This document shows, piece by piece, positions 1 through 9,732 of a DNA stretch of 34,730 nucleotides. Source of the stretch: Nemertoderma westbladi. Lineage: Eukaryota > Animalia > Xenacoelomorpha. The position numbers and the translations under genes were made by a program. The stretch spans positions 1 through 34,730 of the forward strand of contig JAUCBJ010000305.1 of the NCBI GenBank assembly GCA_032718475.1, given 5' to 3'. Position 1 is the stretch's first letter. Every line of letters begins with the position of its first letter. The notes below the pieces were generated by a model that was given only the letters and a program-made list of their open reading frames with translations, was not told the DNA's origin and did not search any database.

Positions 1-316
1 GTAGTGTGGGGCTAGCCATGCGATGAGAAGTTAGGTTACGCGAAGATGAATATGCGATGGTTGGTTGATGCAACGACGCGAATCAATACTCGCGGGTGGT
101 AACAGTTGTCGAGTAAGGTAGGCATCGTGAGGTTAGGCTACGCGTAGGTGATAAGCAACGATTGGTTGAAGGCAAGAATACTGTTGGTGACAGATGGTCA
201 TTAAACACCACAATTTAGCACCGGAATTTGGCATTTTTTAATTGCCTCCGAGATGTGGCCCGTAGCCCAGGCTAGGGAGGAGTATGGTGAGGGCTATGCT
301 TCTCCTACTACTTACA

Positions 317-1010
317 GAGGAGTTCGTCAACCAGGAACAAACCAAGTCATGCAACCAATCAACTTCTGGAGCGAATCAACTGGCAGGTGGGTACGGAGGA
401 GTTCGTCAACCAGGAACAAACCAAGTCTACCAATCGACTTCTGGAGCGAAACAACTGGGAGGTGGGTGCGGAGGAGTTCATCAACTGGGAACAAACCAAG
501 TCCACGTCCACCAATCGACTTCCGGAGCGAATCAACTGGGAGGTGGGTATGGAGGAGTTCGACAACCGGGAACAAACCAAGTCCTCCAATCGACTTCCGG
601 AGCGAATCAACTGGCAGGTGGGTACGGAGGAGTTCGTCAACCAGGAACAAACCAAGTCTACCAATCGACTTCTGGAGCGAAACAACTGGGAGGTGGGTGC
701 GGAGGAGTTCATCAACTGGGAACAAACCAAGTCCACGTCCACCAATCGACTTCCGGAGCGAATCAACTGGGAGGTGGGTATGGAGGAGTTCGACAACCGG
801 GAACAAACCAAGTCCACCAATCGACTTCCGGAGCGAATCAACTGGGAGGTGGGTATGGAGGAGTTCGTCAACCAGGAACAAACACAAGTCCACCAATCGA
901 CTTCCAGAGCTAATCAACTGGGAGGTGGGTACAGAGGAGTTCATCAACCGGGAACAAACCAAGTCCACCAATCCACTTCTGGAGCGAATCAACTGGGAGG
1001 TAGTGGTTGG
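317..1010. repeat. Tandem array of ~9 units of 75-81 bp with a duplicated 231-bp trimer
   Basis: GAGGAGTTC unit starts at 317, 396, 471, 552, 627, 702, 783, 858 and 934 (spacings 79,75,81,75,75,81,75,76). 396-626 and 627-857 are near-identical trimers. Confidence 0.95.
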
Positions 1011-1618
1011 GTACAACAAACAGCCGCAAGCCTCGGTGTTGGTGATAGGGAGATTGGTGTGGGGCAGAACCATCCAGACTCTTAGTGTCTTTAGTGTCAG
1101 GTCAGGTATTCTAGGTCATTGATCAAGAAACTTGCCACCTCCATGCAGCATAAAGGAGGTGCCACCTGTAGCTGCATAGACCCTCTTACTAGGGAAATCT
1201 GGTCCTGTAACTAGGACCCCCTTCGTTCTGGGATAAGGACGCCCTTGGTCCTGGATTAAGGACCCATATACTTGGCTGCAGGGGCATATGGCCTGGCCAG
1301 GCAGATGGTGATCTACCAATGGCTGGTCAGAAGTAGAGTGTGCTCATGTCCACTCTGAGTGCACTTCACTGCGACCTGCACCTGGCAGCAGGGGTACAGG
1401 GCATGACCCAGCAGATGAGCTGCACAGCCAATGGTGGGTCATGTGCGCCAGAGTAGATATGGGTGATGGGCCTCATATCTGACTCCACTGCGACACCCAC
1501 CCTGTGGAATGGCAAACCAGGGTGTGGTATTTGCCCCGAGAGCTGACTCGGCAAAAAAGCACCCCCCAATCCCCACTATGGATTACATTAGTAATGCCAG
1601 CCACTAGAGGCCAGTGGA

Positions 1619-4600
1619 ATGACTGGACACAATCGGCCTCACAGGCGTCAGTTATCTCCTGACCGGCTGCCTGTCCCACCCCCTACTGGAGAGAGAGCAG
1701 CCAACAATTCTTTGAGTCCCTTTCCTGATGACCTTTCTGGCCCAAACCCTGGGTCACCAAGGAGGCCAGATTGTGAGGGGGAGAGGGATTCTGGAGTTGG
1801 AGGCTACTCTCATGTTCCACCCCGACCAACAAAGCCATTGGTGAATCTGAGGCAAGTCACTAGACTAGCCTCAGTAAACACCCTAACACTCGGGTCCCCA
1901 ATGCGACAAGGTGAGCTGACTGCCTTGGCAGATAAGCTTTCTCTTAGTGCAGTGGGTGTTCAAGAGCACCGAATGCAGACTGGACAGAGTGATGAGGTTC
2001 TGATTAAGGACATGGGGGGCGGTTGGTGACTCGCCCTCGCATCAGCAGATGATAGTGGTAATGGTGGAATTGGTCTATTAATTGATGAATCAAACTGCAC
2101 ATTCAGCATTGGACAAAATATACCAAATCTCTAACCGCATCATCCGTTGCCACTTCTCATGTTCTGGAAGACTGGCTAAGAAGTTTCCTAAGGTGGTTCT
2201 GATTGTGTGCTACTCTCCAACTAGTGTTGCCCCTGTAGAGGAGGTGGAAACTGTCTACCAAAATCTACAAGCAGCTACTGATGGAGTGGATCAGCATGCA
2301 TTCTTAACATTCCTGGGAGACTTTAATGCAAGTCTGCATCAATCACCTACATCGCCCTAGGTCTATAGCAATAGTGTTAACCGAAATTCCGTCCATCTTC
2401 AGGATTTGTGGCTGGCCACGAGAAAAGGGACCTTATGTCGCAAAACCTGATTCTGAGATAATCGCGTTTAAAGTTTCCCTCTATTTTTGAACAAATTTAA
2501 TTGGATTATCAATTTAGAAATGTATAAAACGATGAGGGAAATTCAAATTGGTTCTGATATTCAATATACCCAGGAAATAACTAATTATAGGAAGCAATAT
2601 AAGATGTTGCAGTGTTGTATATAACACTGTCTTAGGGTTTTCATGTCTGAATTTAGGACTGTAATAAATTGTAATTGTACTACTGTAATATGTAGGTACT
2701 GTAGGCCTACAGTTATTTTTTAAATGCAATATATTCTGTCATATTCTTAACTTATCTTCGTTAGTTCTTAAATTTTGTAATCCCAATAAAGAATTCAAAA
2801 TACAAATAATTTTAAATTTTGTAAAATAAATTTATCTTTTTGAAAAGATTTTAAATTAAAAAAAAATTTTTTTGGTTACATGTTTTTTTGAAAATTTTGC
2901 AAAAATTTTTTTAAAATAGTTCATGAACTATATTAATATTTTCAAAGTGTTAAAAGTTGTATAAAAAGCCGAATAACATTGAGCTGCCTAACTATATAGT
3001 AAGAATTGCTATGATATTATTAATATTTTCCATTTTTTTTAATAATCGCTTATTATAACCGCTATTAATAAAAAATTTTTTGCTACCCGATTCACCTTCA
3101 CATAAATCGCTATAACTTTTTTTTATAAATAGATATTGAGACACCGTTTTTTTTGTTAAAATCTCTGGAAAATTCTGCATCTCATAGGCCTAATAACTCA
3201 AAATCGACCTCCGGTGACATAAGGTCCCTTTTCTCGTGGCCAGCCACATTTTATCTCTGGAAATGGATTGTTTTCGGCTGGAACCCAGTTCAAGAAGCGA
3301 ACTGGAAAGCTATGGACTCATAGTGGACCCAGTGGTCACAAGTCCCAGATAGACCATATTCTGTTTCGTAGGAAATACAGGAGCTCTATACAAGACTGCA
3401 ATGCATTTACACTTCGACCCTTCTCCAGTGATCACCGCCTTATTGTGGCCAAGGTAAGACTTAGTCTGCGTGCTAGCAGAACAACGAAATCTGCCTTGCC
3501 GCGGCATGACTGGTCCTCTCTGTTGCAACAGCCAAGTGTGAGATCCAGCTTCACACTACAGCTGAGCAACAGGTATGAGGCTCTTGCCTCTGAGGCGGCA
3601 GATCACTGTGAGGGCTATACTGCCTTTACAGAAGCAGTTAAGTTAGCAGCTGCAGAAACAGTTTCTGTATACCCTCGAAACAGGAAAAGGGCCCCCTGGA
3701 CTGACAACAAAATTCAGAAGTGCCGAAATGACCTTCATAAGGCGCAGAAAGAGTCCCGGCTCAAACAGACTACAGCAGCCAAGAATGCAGTTAAGGCTGC
3801 ATCTAGGTCCCTGAACAGGCAGTACTCTGCTAATCTACAGGAGCTAATAAACCAACAGGTTGATGCCATCAATGATGCTGACGACAGCAGGCAATCATCC
3901 CAGGCATGGAAATCGATCAATCTGCTTACTGGGCGGAAAAGCCAACCAACCACCAAGGTTAAGGCTGAATCACCAGCCGATCGCCTCAATGGTTGGAAGG
4001 CCCACTTTGAAAAGCTCCTCAATAATGACAGGGTATTGCCTGATAACTTTATAGAAGTAAAAGTGTCTGAGTCTGTACTCCCAGATATTCCTATTGGTGA
4101 TATCTCCTTTGCAGAAGTGAAGGCTGCTGCAAAGAGCATTAAGATCAATCGTGCCAGTGGAGTAGATGGTGTTCCCCCTGAGGTCTTTAAAATACCTGAG
4201 TGTTTAAAGATCATCTATCCCATCATAGTAGACATGTACCGAACAACAAGAGTCCCACAAGAAATGAAAACAAATAAGTTGGTGCCAGTTCCCAAGAAGG
4301 GCAACCTAACACTCTATGGTTCTTTTCGGGGAATCTCATTGATCTCTATTGCTGCAAAGCTATACAATAGAATTTTATTAAATCGCACCAGGGATCCCAT
4401 TGAGAGACTGCTCCGTGGAAATCAGAATGGGTTCCGTAAAGGTCGTGGGACCATGGAGCCCATTTTGGCACTTAGAAGGATAATTGAAGAGTTATCAAAA
4501 AAGAAAGACAGGCTCGGAAGAATGGGCTGTTATCTTTGTTGACTTCTTCAAGGCCTTTGATTCAGTCTCTCGCTAACGTATGTTCAGCATACTTTCATTA

Positions 4601-5608
4601 TATGGGATTCCTGATGAAATTATTGCAGCAATCAGATCGGTATATGATAGTTCGACAACATTAGTGTCTACTGTTGACGGTGACACAGAACCATTTGGAG
4701 TTTTATGGGGCTTCCTCCAGGGAGACACACTTGCACCATTCTTGTTCATAATTGTTGTTGACTATGTTCTACGCATGTCCTTAGATCATCATAATGATGA
4801 TGGGGTGATGATAACTCCACCTACTGGCTCCAGAAGTCGAGGAAATCCTGCCAAGTACCTAACTGATCTAGACTTTGCTGATGACTTAGGAGTACTCTCA
4901 GAATCACTAGAGGGCGCCCAACGGCTCCTCAGCTCATTAGAACATGCTGCTTCTGGTCTTTTTATTAACTCCAGAAAGACCAAAATTTTGACAGTTAACT
5001 TTGAAAGTCCTCAGCAAGTCTCTGATCGGATGAGCATAAGCTCAAAAGATGGTATGCATGAGCATGTGGATGACTTCTGTTACCTGGGATCATGGATCCG
5101 GAAGTCAGATGAGGACCTTCGAATACGTAATGGAAAGGCATGGGCAGCCTTGAATAGGCTTTCCAGGATTTGGAAGTCACCAAGAATTAATCGGACACTT
5201 AAGGTCCGATTATTTAGAGCAGCAGTAGTTCCAGTACTCCTCTATGGGAGTCCATGCTGGGCTCTAACTGCTGAGGACACCAAATCTCTGGATGGCACAT
5301 TTACAAGAATGCTACGCCGGGTTCATTGTGTCAAGTACAATGCACACATCTCCAACCAGACACTATATAACATTGGAGGTGTCTCATTGGTTCCCCCAAG
5401 CTTGACACTAGAACAAAATCGCCTCCGCTTTGCAGGACATTGCTTTCGCCGTGAGGACCAGCCAGTGCATAATCTTGTACTTTGGCAGTCTCATGGAGTG
5501 AATAAGCATGGTGGACAGCCCATGACTTTCTTGAGACGCATCTTAAAGGACACTGGCCTTGAAGATGCGGATGATCTAGCAAATTTCATGGGTGATAGGG
5601 AGTTGTAG
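1619..5608 (+). pseudogene. Disrupted endonuclease-reverse transcriptase ORF of the RTE element
   Basis: ORFs 1619-2029, 2082-2360, 3268-4542 and 4580-5608 are consecutive pieces of one polyprotein. They are separated by stops (2027-2029, 2358-2360, ~4574), frameshifts (~2080, ~4510-4525) and the 2408-3247 insertion. Confidence 0.9.
2408..3247. mobile_element. 840-bp non-autonomous DNA transposon with 32-bp TIR and 4-bp TSD ATTT (Sola1-like by TSD)
   Basis: Left TIR GTGGCTGGCCACGAGAAAAGGGACCTTATGTC; its exact reverse complement ends at 3247. ATTT lies at 2404-2407 and 3248-3251. Removing the element plus one ATTT restores the RTE frame (HLQDFISGNGLFSAG). Confidence 0.9.
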
Positions 5609-5690
5609 CGGCACAATTTTGTCGACAAGCCGGCACTGCATTCTTAAAAATGCAGCTGCAATGCAGCATGCCGATCCTAGTAGTCCTAGT

Positions 5691-6000
5691 TCAGCTCTTG
5701 AAAATGCCTAAGGCTAGGTTACCGAAACAGTTATACAACATAATGGTGGAAGTTACAGTAGATAGTAGGTAAAGTATGGTGGAAGGTACAGGTCTAGTAG
5801 AAGACGAATTCCATTTTCTTCTCGTTTGTAACGCGTACAGTGGGATACGGAGTCGTTTCCTGGATAGCAGATTCGTCATCTGTCCTTCAATAAATAAATT
5901 TCGTCGTTTGTTATCAAGTAAGAATCTTGACGTCATCTTAGGGTTAGGCAGATACTTACATGGAGCATTTAAGATAAGGCGGGAAAAAATGGGTTGATGG
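5691..6000 (+). mobile_element. 3'-terminal remnant of a second LINE family (RTEX/CR1-group type C-terminus), internally deleted
   Basis: QLLKMPKARLPKQLYNIM from ~5692 is followed by VEDEFHFLLVCNAYSGIR...INKFRRLLSSKN...LGRYLHGAFKIR (ORF 5776-5997). This resembles the His/Cys zinc-knuckle C-terminus of invertebrate LINE ORF2. Confidence 0.65.
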
Positions 6001-6107
6001 AATGGGGTGGGGAAAAATTAACTCTTTTTTTTCCACGGGTTTTTCATTTTTGTTGTTGTTGTTGCTGTAGGGTGGTGCTAATTTGTAATGTAGGACCATC
6101 AGCGTTA

Positions 6108-6414
6108 AGCCCCGTTCACATCCAACGGTGCGTGAGCGGTAAAGTAGTCTGGCGGTATTGAAGAGGTATGCCAGCGGTATACTACCCGGTGCCCGTTCAC
6201 ACCCAACGGTACCGTTGCGGTAACTGATTGTCTATCTGTGGACTGTGAATTCAACAGGAAATTACATTAATTGTTTTAACATTGTTTAAATGGGCTGCGG
6301 TAAACCGCGCGGTTTAGCGCACAACTACCTGTTGGGTCGTTCACAGTCAGCGGTGTACCGCTGGCCCTGCGGTACACCGCGCGGTGTACCGTTCCGTTGG
6401 ATGTGAACGGGCCT
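6108..6414. mobile_element. PIF/Harbinger-type MITE (307 bp, TTA TSD)
   Basis: TIRs AGCCCCGTTCACATCCAACGG and CCGTTGGATGTGAACGGGCCT (1 mismatch). TTA lies at 6105-6107 and 6415-6417, and there are internal copies of the CGTTCACA motif. Confidence 0.88.
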
Positions 6415-6954
6415 TTAGCTAGGATTGGAAGCGGGGCTTCTGTAAATGGTGCAGTACGTTTATATTTAGGAGCAAGTATGAATATCGTATACAGTATATG
6501 TGCAATGTTTATAATAAGTGCAATATTATTCTTGGTGGAGGGAATTTGCGTTATTGTGCGATTAGAGTTTGGCAATGCTGTTGTCATTAATATTCAAAAA
6601 ACCGACGCAATTAGGTTAATGTTAGGATCTAATATTGGGACGCAACTCTCACCTCAACATTGACGCCCCTCCCACACGAAAATAAACAACTAACCTGCCT
6701 CGTTCAATTTAATAGAAAACATTGGGTACGGTGTACGCCCATATTCCCCTTGGCTAGACCCCCTATTTCCTTTTTCGGCTTTTTCTATGTCGGATCGAAC
6801 TGGTGACCCTAAATTTGATCACCCTCCACACAATGCATAATACACACCTACACCTAACAAACCTACACACCTAACAAGCAATGCAAACAACAGTAAGGAG
6901 TTACGGTACCCGAAATATATAATAAAACAAATTAATAAAAACAAAACATTTCAC

Positions 6955-6960
6955 TTTAAT
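6955..6960 (-). terminator. Candidate polyadenylation signal (ATTAAA) of the PP1 transcript
   Basis: ATTAAA on the minus strand is followed by a U/GU-rich tract (complement of 6915-6950). This would give a ~1.75 kb 3' UTR; other AT-rich signals exist nearer the stop. Confidence 0.4.
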
Positions 6961-7466
6961 ATCAACAAACGTTAATACAATTTCATTAGAAATCACGTAT
7001 CAACCTCAGGTTATCCAAAACAAATTAATTCATTAATTTTTAGTAATTAAACTTAGATAACACCATCCCAGCACGAAATGTTATAAAATAGCCACGCCGT
7101 AAAGTATTCTACACGCGTTGCTTAGCAGCTAGACTAATTAACCAACAAAAACCCATCCTCTATAATGGCAATTGGCAATCATGTAAAATCTATTTGAATC
7201 AGAAATAATAATAACCGGTAAAAACAACGAACTATAATATACCAGACCGTTTATATAATGTTATTACAATGAAGTGTCGATGGACAAACTGTCTGAGGCG
7301 TCTATGAAGGACCTACCAGTACCTACAATGTAGGACAGTGTAGTGATGATACCCAATAATGTATCTCTTATTTAGGCAGCTCAGGTAATAACATTTAATT
7401 TCAGTACAAAAAGGTCAAACACAATACCAGTCGCGAGTAAATACGGTTATACACAGTTGTAATACC

Positions 7467-7611
7467 TTAATCCCGGTTCATAATGAGAAATAAGATTTAA
7501 TAGGGACTTATTACTAAGAATAAGGACTTAGGTGCGTTTCTAACTTTAGGAATAAGGAATAAGCGAGGTTTATCCATTATATCTTATCCTCTAATTGTGA
7601 ATCGGGATTAA
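7467..7611. mobile_element. ~140-bp MITE-like inverted repeat bounded by TTAA, in the putative PP1 3' UTR
   Basis: TTAATCCCGGTTCATAAT (7467-) and ATTGTGAATCGGGATTAA (-7611) are imperfect inverted repeats, with internal AATAAG/CTTAT motifs. Confidence 0.6.
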
Positions 7612-8710
7612 CACAGATTACATGTTGTAAAATAAGGATACTGATTAACTACGTCCAGGTAAATAGCAAGAGGGAATTACTTACACAGTCCAGTATGAGG
7701 ATGATAAGTCTTTGGGTTAGTTCAACATAGAATTGCATGTGAGGTAAACAGCTCGACGGATACCACCTCCGCACCAAGCGTTATCGGTACCACATGCATA
7801 TCCTAACAATGAAAATCTCCTTACGAATATTATAAATCAGAATAATTCTAAGAATAATATTATATCTATTTTATAAATAATAGCATTCAATACAAAATAA
7901 TGGTATTTTTGGATAAATTTACTACATCTATGTATATAGATAGGTGTCTCTCTATAATATGACAAAAATATTAAATTAGGATTTTTTTTAAACAAGTTTC
8001 AATATATTTTACAGACCGCATCTAATACGAACCGTGGACTTTCAACACTCACACGCGTGCGCTTGTACGTAATTATATAACGTAGAGAGAATACGTAAAT
8101 ACTACATATATAAAATATAGTTGAAATAAGCGATACATTATCTTTACAAAACATTTTTTTCCAGCATCATGTTTAAATATCAAACAAGCGAAGATATATA
8201 TTATAATATAATATATTTTTCCATCTTTTAAATATTTACGTGAAACATCTGGAAGCAAATTATATTTTCATATAATTTGTTTTATTTACCAAATGCGTCG
8301 TAGACTGAACCGCGGATAGAATGTGACCTGATTTTCCAATAAACTAATTAACTGAACCCCCACAATTTTAAATTGCCGGTTAAAATTAAAAAAAACTAAA
8401 TTTTTTATTTCTTCTTAATTGGAAAGTTTCCCTAGCGAAACGCGACGGTAAATTAAATACGATATTTATAAAGAACAAATTATTAGTAGGTCGACAAGAA
8501 TTGAAATCCCGGTGAAATGTGGCCGCAGAATCGACGCAGCGCTATCCATTTATGTGCAGTAAAACAGGGCGGAGACTTTCTCATATATATAATTTAGCTA
8601 AACTGTTTAAAATAAAATCCGCGGGTAATTAAATAAGGTACTGAGTCCAAAAGAGAGCGTTCCATGTGTTCCAGATCAACCGTTCCAGAAACGTTCTTCA
8701 CGACTAGGAA

Positions 8711-9691
8711 CTATTTCTTCTTTTGCTGGCCGCCCCTTGGCGGTGTTACCGGCCGACCGCTGTTGACACCGCCGTACTGGTACTTGGCCTTCTTCTCCGA
8801 AGGTTTGAGAATCTGAAAGGAGCACATGAGTGTCTCGTCCACGCTCATCATGCCTCCCGCGTTGTCGAACTCACCGCAGTAGTTGGGCGCGGAGAATAGC
8901 GTGACGAGTTGCCGCTTCGCGAAGAACTCGTATCCGTCCTCTACGACCTGATGGGCCCGGCAGATGAGATCCAAGTCGTGTCGGTTGAGGAACTTGGCGA
9001 CCACGTCGGCACCGAAGGTAAAGGAAACCCCGCGGTCGTTCTCCCCCCAGCCCTGGACGTCCTTATCGGGGTCCGACCACAACAGGTCGCACAGCAGCCC
9101 CGTGTCCGGGACGTCGGTAGGTCGCATTATCCGACGGATCTGCTCCATGTTCTGCAGGTCGGGGCTGAGCCCGCCGTGGCAACAGAAGATCTTCTCGTCG
9201 ATAATCGCCGCAATCGGGAGGCAATTGAAACAATCGGTGAAGGTTTTCCACAACTTGATGTTGTACCGCCGTTTACACTCATCGTAGAAACCGTAGATGC
9301 GGTTGATACTCGCGCATTCGTGGTTACCTCGAAGCATAAAGAAATTCTCGGGGTATTTTATCTTGTAGGCGAGCAGCAGACAGATGGACTCCAAGCTCTG
9401 CTTCCCCCGGTCTACATAGTCCCCCAGGAACAGGTAGTTGGCCTCGGGTGGGTATCCCCCGTACTCGAACAGACGCAGTAGGTCGGTGTACTGGCCGTGG
9501 ATGTCGCCGCAGATCTTGAGCGGCGCCTCCAGTTCCAGGAGGATCGGCTGACTCAGGAATATCTCCCGCGATCGGAGACACAGACCACGGACTTCGGCCT
9601 CCGACATTTGCACGGCTTTACCCGGCCGTTGGCCGCGGACCTCCAGAAGTCTTCCAATTAAACTATCGACATTCAATTCGTCCGTCGCCAT
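8711..9691 (-). CDS. PPP1CB: Serine/threonine-protein phosphatase PP1 catalytic subunit, beta type; intronless CDS, 326 aa
   Basis: PPP signatures GDIHGQ, GDYVDRG, RGNHE and SAPNYC are present. Beta-type features include [31 protein letters not shown] and [20 protein letters not shown], with the CDK-site TPPR. The ORF is complete from ATG to TAG. Confidence 0.97.
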   Translation of the reverse strand: MATDELNVDSLIGRLLEVRGQRPGKAVQMSEAEVRGLCLRSREIFLSQPILLELEAPLKICGDIHGQYTDLLRLFEYGGYPPEANYLFLGDYVDRGKQSLESICLLLAYKIKYPENFFMLRGNHECASINRIYGFYDECKRRYNIKLWKTFTDCFNCLPIAAIIDEKIFCCHGGLSPDLQNMEQIRRIMRPTDVPDTGLLCDLLWSDPDKDVQGWGENDRGVSFTFGADVVAKFLNRHDLDLICRAHQVVEDGYEFFAKRQLVTLFSAPNYCGEFDNAGGMMSVDETLMCSFQILKPSEKKAKYQYGGVNSGRPVTPPRGGQQKKK

Positions 9692-9700
9692 TGCTTTTAT

Positions 9701-9732
9701 CTTAAGCAGAATACAGGAATAAACGGTTAGTA
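9701..9732 (-). promoter_or_regulatory. Branch point and 3' splice acceptor immediately upstream of the PP1 start codon
   Basis: The minus strand reads TACTAAC-CGTTTATTCCTGTATTCTGCTTAAG|ATAAAAGCA-ATG: a perfect branch heptamer (9726-9732), a pyrimidine-rich tract, and the first AG 26 nt downstream of the branch A. Confidence 0.7.

Larger units (their letters stand above)
1100..5690 (+). mobile_element. RTE-clade non-LTR retrotransposon (LINE), near full length, inactivated; 5' boundary uncertain
   Basis: APE endonuclease motifs (VGVQEHR, CYSPT, LGDFNA, QIDHIL, SDHR), RT motifs (QNGFRKGR, FVDFFKAFDS, QGDTLAPFLF, DFADDL) and an RTE-like C-terminus (RLRFAGHCFRR). It ends in short CTAGT repeats at ~5678-5690. 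Confidence 0.9.

Noticed and set aside
130-315. HDV-like ribozyme candidate (GGCTACG/CGTAGCC pairing, GCC-TCC...GGC loop, long hairpin 273-307 followed by C)
   Set aside because: The L3 loop is too long, there is no GG for P1.1 after P1, and I found no convincing P2; the canonical fold cannot be completed by eye.
317-1010. CRISPR-like array
   Set aside because: Whole units repeat with no unique spacers, there are no cas genes, and the context is eukaryotic.
1410-1435. Hammerhead-like core (CAGATGAG-stem-CAAT)
   Set aside because: Both conserved boxes deviate from CUGAUGA and GAAA.
3310-5582. Antisense and alternate-frame ORFs within the RTE
   Set aside because: Shadows of the LINE ORF with no independent coding evidence.
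8909-9581. Overlapping ORFs 8909-9481, 8964-9287, 9063-9251 and 9324-9581
   Set aside because: Shadow frames of the GC-rich PP1 CDS with no recognisable motifs.
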